Made by a program: the position numbers and the translations under genes. From Armatimonadota bacterium (GTDB lineage: Bacteria > Armatimonadota > UBA10988): DNA of 64,000 nucleotides. The first letter of the stretch is position 1; each line of letters begins with the position of its first letter. The DNA lies in contig JACRKZ010000085.1 in assembly GCA_016235455.1 (NCBI GenBank), positions 1 through 64,000 of the forward strand. The letters run 5' to 3'. The notes beneath the pieces were generated by a model, which was not told the DNA's origin, ran no database searches, and saw only the letters and a program-made list of their open reading frames with translations. Shown here piece by piece: positions 18,482-27,494 of the stretch.

Positions 18482-18504
18482 GGGCGCACGCCGTGCGCCC
18501 CTAC
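18478..18504. repeat. GTAG-type REP palindrome abutting the RAYT
   Basis: GTAGGGGCGCACG-C-CGTGCGCCCCTAC, perfect 13-bp arms. Confidence 0.85.
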
Positions 18505-20447
18505 GGGGTGCTCGTGGTTGCTGCCGTGCGTAGGACGTAGCCGCCGTTGGCCGCCAGGCTCACCGCGCCGACCTCATGCCCAACGCGCAGCGTGCCTTCC
18601 GGCCCGTCGCTCAGGCAGGTCACCAGACTGCCCCTGCCCAGCCAGGCCAGGTCAAGCGGCAAGGTCAATGGCGCACTGGTGCCGTTGAGCGCCGCGACGA
18701 ACCACGTCGTGCCCGACCGCCGCGCCACGGCCACGTAGCGGCCGGGATCGGCGGCCAGACAGCGCGACTCGTCCCACGCCGCCGGCACCGAACCCAGCAG
18801 ATCGAGCGCCGCGTCGGGCAGCGCGCGGTACCAGTCGGCACGGCCGCCATGGTGCTGCACGCCCGAGGTGAAGAGCACCGGCAACGCCAGTTGGTGCGCG
18901 GCGGTGACGCGATGTCGCCACGGTGCGCCGTCCAGCAACGCTGGCGTGTAGTCCATCGGGGCGATCACGTTGCGCGTGAACGGCAGGATGGCGTGGTGGG
19001 CCGCCGCGCGGTCGCCGTAGTCGCTCTCGAAGTGGTAGCTCTCCTCGCCCAGTACCGCCTCGGCCGACAGCAGGTTGGGCCAGGTGCGCTGCCAGCCGCG
19101 CGGGATGGTGCAGCCGTGCAGCACGACGACCAGCCGGCGCTCCGCCGCATCGCGACACAGGTCGAGCATGGTCCTGACCGCGAGTTGCTTGTCGCTGCAC
19201 CAGAAGTCGATTTTGAACCCCGCCACGCCGGCGGCCGCCGCCTCGTCCAGCCGGCGGCGGCGGTCGGGCACGTCGTACATCTCCGTGCTGTCGCCCCACA
19301 GCAGCAGCCGCACGCCGCGTTCGCGCGCCGCCGCGGCCATCTCGCCCAGCGGCACGTTCCACCAGCCGGCGTCGAGCAGCTCATACTCCCAGCCGCGTTC
19401 GGCCGCGAAGTCGAGGAACGTGCCGAAGGCACGCCGGTCGAAGCGCTCGGGCTGACTCAGCCAGGACCAACTGGCCCGGCCCGGCGCGATCCACGAGGGG
19501 TCGGTGACCTCGCACGGCTGGGCCAAGTCGGTAGGCCAGGTGCTGGTCACGATGCTCCCGGCCTCGCCGGCCAACGCCAGCCCGCGCCACGCCGTGGTCA
19601 GCGGCAGCGTGGTCAACGGCGCAGCCGACGAGGCCAGGAGCGCGGGCACCTTCTGCTTGTACTCGCCCGCCGACGGCCAGCGCACACGGTAGACACCGTC
19701 GGTGCCATCGCTCAGGTGCGTGCCGCACCAGCTCTCGTCGACGCCTGATTCCACGCTCAGCGCCCAGGCGTCGCCGTCGGCCAGGCGGTACAGGCCACCG
19801 AAGCTCCAGCCCGCGGCCGGGTTCGGCCCGCGACAGCGCCCCGGCGCCTGGCCGATGGCCACCGCTTGGTAATAGTCCTCGTAGGCCGGCGTGTAGTCGC
19901 TGGGTTGATGGTACGGCTGCAGCCAGGCCTGGCCGGAAGTGAAGGCGAAGCCGGTGTGGTCGGCGGCCACGGCCACCGGTTGGCCATCATAGCCCGGCGG
20001 CGCGGGCAGGCGGTAGCGCACGGCCACACCGCCGTCGGCCACGCGCAGGTCGATCAGCAGCAGCGCACCGCGCGCGTTGCGCAGAGTCGCCGTGACCTGC
20101 CGCCAGGGGCTGTCCACCTGCCGGCAGGGCCCGGTCCACAGCGCGTAGCGCTCGCGCCCGTCGATGCCCGGAGTCGCGCCCACCAGGCTCAGGCCGGAGT
20201 CGAACGAGTCGGCGCCGACGGTCAATCCCAGCGGCGAATCGGCCAGGACCGGGTGGTCGCGATACCACACGCGCCACAGCAGGCTTCCCTGCGGGGTCAA
20301 CGTCAGTTCGGCGCGGACCCGATTCTGTGGCGATGCGATGGATGCAACCGGGCGCGAGCCGGCGGCGTCGAGGGTCAGCAGCATGCACAGGGCAAGAGCG
20401 GTCAACGGGTGCTCCCGGGTGAGGACGGTCTTTCCGTCGCTCGGCAT
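18501..20447 (-). CDS. Glycoside hydrolase family 97
   Basis: DPSWIAPGRASWSW, LLDAGW, GVAGFKIDF, HGCTIPRGWQRTWPN, LPFTRNVIAPMDYTP, WDES. Confidence 0.9.
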   Translation of the reverse strand: MPSDGKTVLTREHPLTALALCMLLTLDAAGSRPVASIASPQNRVRAELTLTPQGSLLWRVWYRDHPVLADSPLGLTVGADSFDSGLSLVGATPGIDGRERYALWTGPCRQVDSPWRQVTATLRNARGALLLIDLRVADGGVAVRYRLPAPPGYDGQPVAVAADHTGFAFTSGQAWLQPYHQPSDYTPAYEDYYQAVAIGQAPGRCRGPNPAAGWSFGGLYRLADGDAWALSVESGVDESWCGTHLSDGTDGVYRVRWPSAGEYKQKVPALLASSAAPLTTLPLTTAWRGLALAGEAGSIVTSTWPTDLAQPCEVTDPSWIAPGRASWSWLSQPERFDRRAFGTFLDFAAERGWEYELLDAGWWNVPLGEMAAAARERGVRLLLWGDSTEMYDVPDRRRRLDEAAAAGVAGFKIDFWCSDKQLAVRTMLDLCRDAAERRLVVVLHGCTIPRGWQRTWPNLLSAEAVLGEESYHFESDYGDRAAAHHAILPFTRNVIAPMDYTPALLDGAPWRHRVTAAHQLALPVLFTSGVQHHGGRADWYRALPDAALDLLGSVPAAWDESRCLAADPGRYVAVARRSGTTWFVAALNGTSAPLTLPLDLAWLGRGSLVTCLSDGPEGTLRVGHEVGAVSLAANGGYVLRTAATTSTP

Positions 20448-20478
20448 GAGTTCCTGCCTGCCCGGCGAATGCAGCGAT

Positions 20479-20596
20479 GTTCGTAGTTCGGCCCAGAGGC
20501 CAATGGCGATTCCACACCAGATCGGCGCCGCCAGCGGCGCGGTGGACTGCCACCGCCGTGTGGGATCGCCATTCGCCCAAGACCGAAACTACGAAC
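20479..20596. repeat. REPIN/MITE-like 118-bp inverted-repeat element with GTAG ends
   Basis: GTTCGTAGTTCGG...CCGAAACTACGAAC outer arms; AATGGCGATTCCACAC (20502-20517) / GTGTGGGATCGCCATT (20558-20573) inner arms. Confidence 0.65.
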
Positions 20597-20614
20597 CCTG
20601 AGCGGAGGAAGGCA

Positions 20615-22633
20615 ATGCTGACATTTCGACTGGCGACGTTGTGCCTGGCCGGGGCGCTCCTGGGGGCAGGAGAGGCCGAGGCACAACCGCACCGGGCCAT
20701 GACCCTGACCGAGGCGCTGTCGCCGTATGTCGGCCCGGTGGTCAAGGGCGTCGACACCACGACCGTCGACGGCAAGGTCATGGCCGGCTACCAGGGCTGG
20801 TTCATGGCCAAGGGCGACGGCTATGAGCCGGGCTGGGTGCACTGGGGCGGTGTCGACCAGAACCCGCCGCGGGCCAGCTTCGACCTGTGGCCCGACATGA
20901 CGGAGCTACCGCCGAGCGAGCGCTTCGCCAGCGGGTATCGCTATGCCGACGGCACGCGCGGCGAACTGTTCAGCTCCACGGTCAAGGAGACCGTGCTGCG
21001 CCACTTCGAATGGATGAAGCAGTACGGCATCGACGGCGTCTGGGTGCAGCGCTTCACCAGCTGCGTGAGCAACCAGAACGACTGGAACTATCTGCGCACG
21101 ACGGCCGTGCTGAGCCATTGCCGCGAGGGCGCCAACCGCACTGGCCGTGCCTTTGCCGTGATGTACGACACCGACTTCGACCGCCGCGCCATCGACGCCA
21201 TGAAGTCCGACTGGACGCGGCTGGTGCGCGAGATGAAGCTGCTCGACACGCCTGCCTACATCAAGCATCGCGGCGGCCCGGTCATCGCGCTGTGGGGCTA
21301 CGGCTTCGACCATCGCAAGTTCGACCCGGTGGCCACGCGCGAGTTCTTCGAATGGCTGAAGAAGCCGGAGAACGGCGCCTGCACCATCATGCTGGGCATC
21401 CCCAACGACTGGGTCGGCTGGACCGACGAGCGTATGACGCTGCTGCGACAGTACGGCCAGATCATCAGCCCCTGGAACGTCGGCCGTTACGGCACGCTGG
21501 ACGGCGCGAGCGCCCATGCCAAGCGCTACTGGCCGGCCGATCTGGCGTTCTGCAGGGCGAACGACAAGGACTACTACGCAGTGGCCTTCCCCGGCTTCTC
21601 GTGGACCAACCTGATGAAGGGCAACAGCCCGCTCAACCAGATCCCGCGCCAAGGCGGGCGGTTCCTCTGGCGGCAGATCGAGGAGATCCGCCGGTACGGC
21701 ATGAAGATGGTCTACATCGCCATGTTCGACGAAGTCGACGAGGGCACGGCAGTCTTCAAGGTCACCAACCAGCCGCCGCAGGGCCGGTTCGGCACCTACG
21801 AGGGCCTGCCCAGCGACCACTACCTCAGACTGTGCGGCCTGGCCGGCCGCTATCTACGCGGCGAGGACGTGACCTTCCCCGAGGTCCAGCCGGACCCGGC
21901 GCAGATGACCTATCGGCCGATCCCGCAGTTGGCCTACTACCAGCAGCCGAGCCGGTTCTTGCAAGCCACGCGTGACCGCTGGAAGCAACTGCTCGACGGC
22001 GTGCCCATCGTGCTGCATGACGAGCCTTACAGCGAGTGGATCAGCGACCTCTACAACGCTGGCTCGCTGGACATGCGGCTGTCGACCTGGGCTGACATCC
22101 TGGCCAAGCCCGACGCGTCAAAGCTGATGGTCTTCGCCGCGGGCAACGAGAGCTTCGGCGCGCCGGACGCACAGGTGCCGGCGATCGTCGAACGCGCCAG
22201 GCAGCACTTGCGCGGCGGCGGCGTGGTGCTGGTCGCGGGCGGTGGCGGCTATCCGCTGTTCTACCCCGGCGGCAGCACCGAAGCGGCCAAGTTCGGCTTC
22301 CGGCTGCAGATGGTCAACAGCCCCGCGGGCAGCCGCGTGAAGTTCGACCCGGCCCTGGGCACCGACGTTCCGGCGTTCCAGCTCAAGAGCGCTGGCAGCT
22401 CGCGCCTGATGCGAAAGACACAGTACCCGGGAGCGCCGCGTTACGTGTCTCTGGCGCGCGTGGACCTGCCCGACGGCACGGCCAACGGTGATGCGCTGGC
22501 GGCGGTGCAGCCGGGCGGAGACCTGGGCCAGGGCTGGATCGTCTATGTGGCGGCCGACCTGCTGCAGTGCCCCGACCGCGAGACACTGCTCGACGCGCTG
22601 CTCAACTGGCTCCGGCCGCGGCTCAACGGCTGA
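20615..22633 (+). CDS. Secreted GH71/GH99-like glycoside hydrolase with a C-terminal extra domain
   Basis: ATG 20615 with GGAGG RBS; KVMAGYQGWF, DLWPDMTE, HFEWMKQYGIDGVWVQRF, FPGFSWTN, YIAMFDEVDEGT. Confidence 0.8.
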   Translation: MLTFRLATLCLAGALLGAGEAEAQPHRAMTLTEALSPYVGPVVKGVDTTTVDGKVMAGYQGWFMAKGDGYEPGWVHWGGVDQNPPRASFDLWPDMTELPPSERFASGYRYADGTRGELFSSTVKETVLRHFEWMKQYGIDGVWVQRFTSCVSNQNDWNYLRTTAVLSHCREGANRTGRAFAVMYDTDFDRRAIDAMKSDWTRLVREMKLLDTPAYIKHRGGPVIALWGYGFDHRKFDPVATREFFEWLKKPENGACTIMLGIPNDWVGWTDERMTLLRQYGQIISPWNVGRYGTLDGASAHAKRYWPADLAFCRANDKDYYAVAFPGFSWTNLMKGNSPLNQIPRQGGRFLWRQIEEIRRYGMKMVYIAMFDEVDEGTAVFKVTNQPPQGRFGTYEGLPSDHYLRLCGLAGRYLRGEDVTFPEVQPDPAQMTYRPIPQLAYYQQPSRFLQATRDRWKQLLDGVPIVLHDEPYSEWISDLYNAGSLDMRLSTWADILAKPDASKLMVFAAGNESFGAPDAQVPAIVERARQHLRGGGVVLVAGGGGYPLFYPGGSTEAAKFGFRLQMVNSPAGSRVKFDPALGTDVPAFQLKSAGSSRLMRKTQYPGAPRYVSLARVDLPDGTANGDALAAVQPGGDLGQGWIVYVAADLLQCPDRETLLDALLNWLRPRLNG

Positions 22634-22646
22634 TAAGGACCTATCC

Positions 22647-25600
22647 ATGACCAATTGTCTGCGTTTGGCGGCCTGCCTGTTGTTGGCCGTGTCGGCTGGA
22701 TCTGCCGAGCAACTCGTGGTGCGCGACCTGCTGACGGGCACCGCGCCGAACTGGGCCGCCGGCCCGTGGGACACGGCGCCGAGCCGTTCGTCCGCCACCA
22801 ATGACCGCCCGGCCGGCGCTGCCGGCCCGGCGGTGGAACTGACCGTGGCCTACACCGGCGGCGGGTTCGAGCATGTCACGCTGGCGCCGCCGTTCGGGCC
22901 GATCCCTGGTCGCATCCGGCGGCTCAGCGTGTGGGCCAAGGCGCTGGCCGCCGACTACGCCTGGATCGTCTCGTTCCAGGACGCCGAAGGCAAGGACACC
23001 GTCGGTGGCAAGAAGCTCGAATGGGGCCTGCGCACCGTGCCCAGCCAATGGGTCAAGTTGGACTTCACCGTACCCGCCGACTGGCCGCAGCCGCTGAAGC
23101 TGGCCGGCTTGACCGGCCACAACTGGGAGAAGCAGAATGCCAAGGCCGAGGCGTCGGTGCGGCTGGCCGGCTTCACGGTAGAGACCGACATCGACGGCAT
23201 CACCGACCCGGCCAAGCTGGTCAGCCTGAGCGCGACCACCGGTGTGCCCAGCAACCTGTTCCAGCCCGACGCGCCCGTGCGCTACACCGTGGTCTGCGAT
23301 AGCTGGCTGGGCAAGGAGCTTAGTGGCACCCTCGCCTACGAACTGCGCGACGCCGAGGGCAAGGTGGTCGGCAGCGAGTCCCGCCCGCTGGCCATGCGCG
23401 ACACGCAGACGGTGCCGCTGGACCTCAAGCCGCCGGGCTTTGGCGCCTACCGACTGCGTCTCTCGGCCAAACTGGGCGACGTCAGCTTCGAGCGGCAGAG
23501 CCGCTTCGCCTACACGCCGGCTCCACCCAAACAGACCTGGGAGCAGAAGGTCGCCGGCCCGTACGGCCTGAACATCCACGGCGGGCTGGCCGGGATCGAC
23601 TACCGTGGCATCGCGCGCATGGGCTTCACGTGGGTCCGCGACTACGCGTATAGCTTCGAGTGGATGACCCGCGCGCGCGGCGCTGACAGCCGGTATGCCG
23701 GCTGGCCCTACTACAACAAGCTCGACGCCGCGGTGCAGGACGCCGGCCTGGTGCTGCTGCCGTGCCTCATGGGTGGCATCGGCCAGCCGGTCAAGGGCGG
23801 GAGACTGGCGCCGGACAAGGCGTGGCGCTCGGACATTCTGCCCATCTTGCTGCGCTTCCCGCAGTATGTGGCCTGGGAGCTGGACAACGAGTACGACTAC
23901 CACAGCGGCCGCGAGGAGGAAGCACGAGGCTGGTCGAGCTACGATGCCTACCATCGTGGGTTCGCCCAGGTGCTCAAGGTGGTCGATGACAAGACGCTGG
24001 CCGTGGCCCAAGGCCAGGCCGGCGTCCATCCCGACTGGGTGCGCCGCAGCGTGGCCAACCACAGCTTCGACCAGATCGATGTGGTCAACGCGCATGTCTA
24101 CACCGGCACCAAGCCGCCCGAGATCGTCACCGAGAACGCCAACGTCGGCCAGGAAGGCGAGGCACCCGGCCTGCTGTACGACGTGTTCCGGGACTTCGTG
24201 TCGGCCTCGCGGTCCGATGGCAAGCAGCGCCAGACCTGGCTGACCGAGTTCGGCTGGGACACGCTGGCGGGCTACATCGTCAACGAGAAGGAGCAGGCAG
24301 CCTACCTGCAGCGCGGCTATGCGCTGGGCCTGCAGGCCGGGCTGGACAAGATGTTCTGGTACTGGCAGCGCGATACTAAGGACAAGCCGAAGCAGTACTT
24401 CGACGGCTGCGGCCTGCTGGACCCGGCCGACGAGCCCAAGCCCGCCGCCGCCGCCATCGCAGCGCTGACCGCCTTCCTGCCCCATCCAACGCCGGTGGGC
24501 CGCTGCGCCCCGGCGCCGGGCGCCATGGGCCATGTGTTCCGGTCCGCCGACCAGATCGTGGCCATGGTCTTCCGCGTCGAGCCCGAGGCCGCCGCGCCGA
24601 CCGTCGACCTGCCCAACGGCAAGCTCTTCGATATGTGGGGCAACCCGCTGACCGAGCGCCGCCAGAAGCTGGACATCACGCCGGTGTGGATTGTCGGCCT
24701 GCCCGAAACAGACGCGCTGTACCGACAGGCCGCCTACGACCTGGCCACGCCGGGCTTCATGCGCGTCACCGCGGGCGATCCCTTGACCATCGAGACCAAG
24801 GTGACCAACAACCGCACGACGGCCCTGGCTGCGACGCTGGCGGTGAACGCGCCGAAGGGCTGGACGGCTACCGCCGCGCCAGCGGTGTCGCTCGCGCCGG
24901 GCGCCACCCAGACCGCGCCGGTGACCGTCACCATCGACCCGCGCGAGCCGGCCGGACAGAGCGCGGTGATGATCGACATCACCGAGAACGGCTTGAAGCA
25001 CCGCCTGACCACGCTGGTCGAGGTGGCGGCCGCGGCCAACCTGAGCGTGTCGCCGTTGAGCGGCGCGCCCGGCGCGGCCAAGGTCGAAGTCGCCGTGCGC
25101 AACAACCGCCGCCGGCCGGCCAGCTTCGAGCTGACCTCGGTGCTGCCCGCCAACTGGAAGATAGAGCCGGCGAAGGCCACCGTGGCCGATATCGCGCCCG
25201 GTGCCACGGCCAAGACGACCTTCACCGTGACCTGGACGCCGAGTTGGACCACCGGTGAGCAGGCGTTGATCAAGGTGGCCACGCCCGAGGGGCAGGTGGT
25301 CTCGAGCGCCGGTCTGCGGCCGGGCACGCTGAGCATCCCGCGGGTGGATGCGCCCAAGCTCGACGGTAATCCAGCGGGCTGGCCGGCGGCTGCCAAGCTG
25401 CCCGACTGGGCCATGGGCCGCGTCGGCAGCGGCACCAAGGGCGATGTCTGGCTGGGCTGGACGCCCGACGGGCTGTGGGTGGCCTGCCGGGTCGACCCGT
25501 CGCCGGTCACGGTGACCGATCCGCGCGCCTTCTGGGCGCAAGACTGCCTGGAGTTGTTCGTCGATACGGCCAACAGCAAGGCCGAGCGGGCCAAGTATGT

Positions 25601-25937
25601 GCCGGGCGACCACCAGTTCTGGCTCTGCCCGCTGGTCGGCGAGAAGCGCGCCTACCTGGGCCAGTGGCAGCGCGGTACGGAGATCGAGGCCACGCACTGG
25701 GACATCCAGGGCATCCGTAGCTTCGCGGGCCGGTCGGGCGGCGGGTACGTGATGGAGGCGCTCATTCCGGCGGCGCAGATCAAGGGCTTTGCCGGCCAGG
25801 CTGGCCGCAAGCTGGGCCTTTGCGCGAACCTGTCGGTGCCGGGCGACACGGGTCGTGGCGAGCTGTACTGGCCGCTGGACAAGGCCGGCGGCGTGGCTGA
25901 GAAGCCGGCGCTGTGGGGTACGGTGGAGCTGCGCTAG
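22647..25937 (+). CDS. Secreted multidomain GH39-like (clan GH-A) protein with NEW3-like and CBM9-like domains
   Basis: ATG 22647 with AAGGA RBS; WELDNEYD, WLTEFGWD, MFWY; APKGWT (NEW3-like); PKLDG...W...DCLELFVD...YVMEALIP (CBM9-like). Confidence 0.7.
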   Translation: MTNCLRLAACLLLAVSAGSAEQLVVRDLLTGTAPNWAAGPWDTAPSRSSATNDRPAGAAGPAVELTVAYTGGGFEHVTLAPPFGPIPGRIRRLSVWAKALAADYAWIVSFQDAEGKDTVGGKKLEWGLRTVPSQWVKLDFTVPADWPQPLKLAGLTGHNWEKQNAKAEASVRLAGFTVETDIDGITDPAKLVSLSATTGVPSNLFQPDAPVRYTVVCDSWLGKELSGTLAYELRDAEGKVVGSESRPLAMRDTQTVPLDLKPPGFGAYRLRLSAKLGDVSFERQSRFAYTPAPPKQTWEQKVAGPYGLNIHGGLAGIDYRGIARMGFTWVRDYAYSFEWMTRARGADSRYAGWPYYNKLDAAVQDAGLVLLPCLMGGIGQPVKGGRLAPDKAWRSDILPILLRFPQYVAWELDNEYDYHSGREEEARGWSSYDAYHRGFAQVLKVVDDKTLAVAQGQAGVHPDWVRRSVANHSFDQIDVVNAHVYTGTKPPEIVTENANVGQEGEAPGLLYDVFRDFVSASRSDGKQRQTWLTEFGWDTLAGYIVNEKEQAAYLQRGYALGLQAGLDKMFWYWQRDTKDKPKQYFDGCGLLDPADEPKPAAAAIAALTAFLPHPTPVGRCAPAPGAMGHVFRSADQIVAMVFRVEPEAAAPTVDLPNGKLFDMWGNPLTERRQKLDITPVWIVGLPETDALYRQAAYDLATPGFMRVTAGDPLTIETKVTNNRTTALAATLAVNAPKGWTATAAPAVSLAPGATQTAPVTVTIDPREPAGQSAVMIDITENGLKHRLTTLVEVAAAANLSVSPLSGAPGAAKVEVAVRNNRRRPASFELTSVLPANWKIEPAKATVADIAPGATAKTTFTVTWTPSWTTGEQALIKVATPEGQVVSSAGLRPGTLSIPRVDAPKLDGNPAGWPAAAKLPDWAMGRVGSGTKGDVWLGWTPDGLWVACRVDPSPVTVTDPRAFWAQDCLELFVDTANSKAERAKYVPGDHQFWLCPLVGEKRAYLGQWQRGTEIEATHWDIQGIRSFAGRSGGGYVMEALIPAAQIKGFAGQAGRKLGLCANLSVPGDTGRGELYWPLDKAGGVAEKPALWGTVELR

Positions 25938-25961
25938 GCGTTGAGCATGGAGCGTGAACGC

Positions 25962-26750
25962 ATGAGGACGCGTGGTCTGCTGGCTGGCGTGGTGATGGTT
26001 CTGTCGGCTCGGGCCGGCCTCTGCCAGGCGGCAGTACCGCCGGGAGTAGGGCTGCCGGCGGCGCCCGACGGGCTGGTCTGGAAGCTGGTCTGGCAAGACG
26101 AGTTCGATGGGCCGAAGCTCGATGAGACCAAGTGGGAGACGCCGCCGGATGGCCCACGCCACGACGGATGGTGGATGCGCAAGGCCGTCTCGGTGGATGG
26201 CAACGGGCATTTGGTCATTCAGACGTCGCGCGAGGGTGACAAGATCATCGGTGGCTGCGCGCGCACCAAGGGCAGGTTCGCGCACACCTTCGGCTACTAC
26301 GAGGCGCGGGTCAAGCTGCCCCATGAGCAGGGACACTGGTCGGCGTTCTGGCTGTTTGAGGGTGTGCACACCACGCCGGACGGCTGGTACAACGGCTCCG
26401 AGATCGACGTCTACGAGAAGTTCTGGCCCAACGATGAGGTCAAGCATACGCTCTACTGGGACCCGGCCGGCGACCACAAGCTCAAGGAATGGAACCGAAT
26501 CGAGACGGTGCCTGGCATCCGTGAAGGTTGGCACACCTTTGCGGTATGGCGGAAGCCTGACGAGTACGTGTACTACGTCGACGGTCGGGAGTCCTGGCGC
26601 ATCAACCCCGGCGGCATAGCCCAGGTGCCCATGTACATCAAGCTCAGCGACGAGCACGCGGCCTGGTGTAAGGACATCACCAAGGCGGCTCTACCCGACG
26701 AGTTCATGGTCGACCATGTCCGCGTGTATGACCTGGTGGACAAGCCGTAG
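25962..26750 (+). CDS. Glycoside hydrolase family 16
   Basis: WKLVWQDEFDG, FGYYEARVKLP, GHWSAFWL, catalytic EIDVYE, MVDHVRVY. Confidence 0.9.
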   Translation: MRTRGLLAGVVMVLSARAGLCQAAVPPGVGLPAAPDGLVWKLVWQDEFDGPKLDETKWETPPDGPRHDGWWMRKAVSVDGNGHLVIQTSREGDKIIGGCARTKGRFAHTFGYYEARVKLPHEQGHWSAFWLFEGVHTTPDGWYNGSEIDVYEKFWPNDEVKHTLYWDPAGDHKLKEWNRIETVPGIREGWHTFAVWRKPDEYVYYVDGRESWRINPGGIAQVPMYIKLSDEHAAWCKDITKAALPDEFMVDHVRVYDLVDKP

Positions 26751-26775
26751 TCGTGCGGCTTCGCGTCGGCCTGGG

Positions 26776-27492
26776 TCAGGTGCCGCCCGCTTCGGCGTCC
26801 GCCAGAACCACGCAGTCCGCATGCCACTGCAACAGCGACGCGGGGAACTTGGAGCTGATCGGCCCCTTTACCATGCGTTCCAGCGCCTCACGCTTGTCCG
26901 CGCCGCTGACCAGTACCAGGATGCGCGCCGCGCGCATCAGGTCGGCCAGGCCGAGCGTCATGCCGTGCGTCGGCGGCTGGGCCAGATGCGCCAGCATGGA
27001 GTGCTTCCGCGTCGAAGCGCTGAGTTGGGTGAGGTGCGGCCCGCCGCTGAGCCAACCAGCGGGCTCGTTGAGCCCCAGGTGCCCATTGAGCCCGAGGCCC
27101 AGCAGGCAGAGGTCGGTATCGCCTCGCTCGGCCAGCGCCACAGCCACGCGCGCACACTCGGCCAGCGGGTCTTCGGCGGCGCTGTCAAAGCCCAGCCACT
27201 GCTCGGACCTCAGGCCCAGCGGCGTGGCCAGATGCTCGCGCAGGTCGTTCAAGCAAGTGCCCGGGTCGTCGGGCAGCAGGCCGTACCACTCGTCGAGCTG
27301 GGTGAAGCGCGCCTGCTCGAAGCTGATCAGGCCAGCGGTCGCGCGACGGGTCAGCTCCGCATAGAGCGGCCGCGGGCTACGCCCGGCGGGCAGGCAGAAG
27401 TGCGCGGTCGGCTTGGCGGCCAGCAGTTCCGCCACCATGTCGGCCGCCTGCTGGGCGATGGCGTCAGCGTCGGGCACAATGCGCAGGTCCAT
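26776..27492 (-). CDS. Glucosamine/galactosamine-6-phosphate isomerase-deaminase family (NagB/YieK-like)
   Basis: LPAGRSP, LDEWYGL, LLGLGLNGHLGLNEP, MTLGL, PASLLQWH. Confidence 0.85.
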   Translation of the reverse strand: MDLRIVPDADAIAQQAADMVAELLAAKPTAHFCLPAGRSPRPLYAELTRRATAGLISFEQARFTQLDEWYGLLPDDPGTCLNDLREHLATPLGLRSEQWLGFDSAAEDPLAECARVAVALAERGDTDLCLLGLGLNGHLGLNEPAGWLSGGPHLTQLSASTRKHSMLAHLAQPPTHGMTLGLADLMRAARILVLVSGADKREALERMVKGPISSKFPASLLQWHADCVVLADAEAGGT

Positions 27493-27494
27493 GT

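Noticed and set aside
22641-26657. 1338-aa minus-strand ORF and many other long antisense or alternate-frame ORFs (e.g. 5556-8144, 54273-56918, 44413-46746)
   Set aside because: Shadow ORFs of real genes, expected in high-GC DNA with few stop codons; no motifs and Arg/Ala/Gly-rich composition
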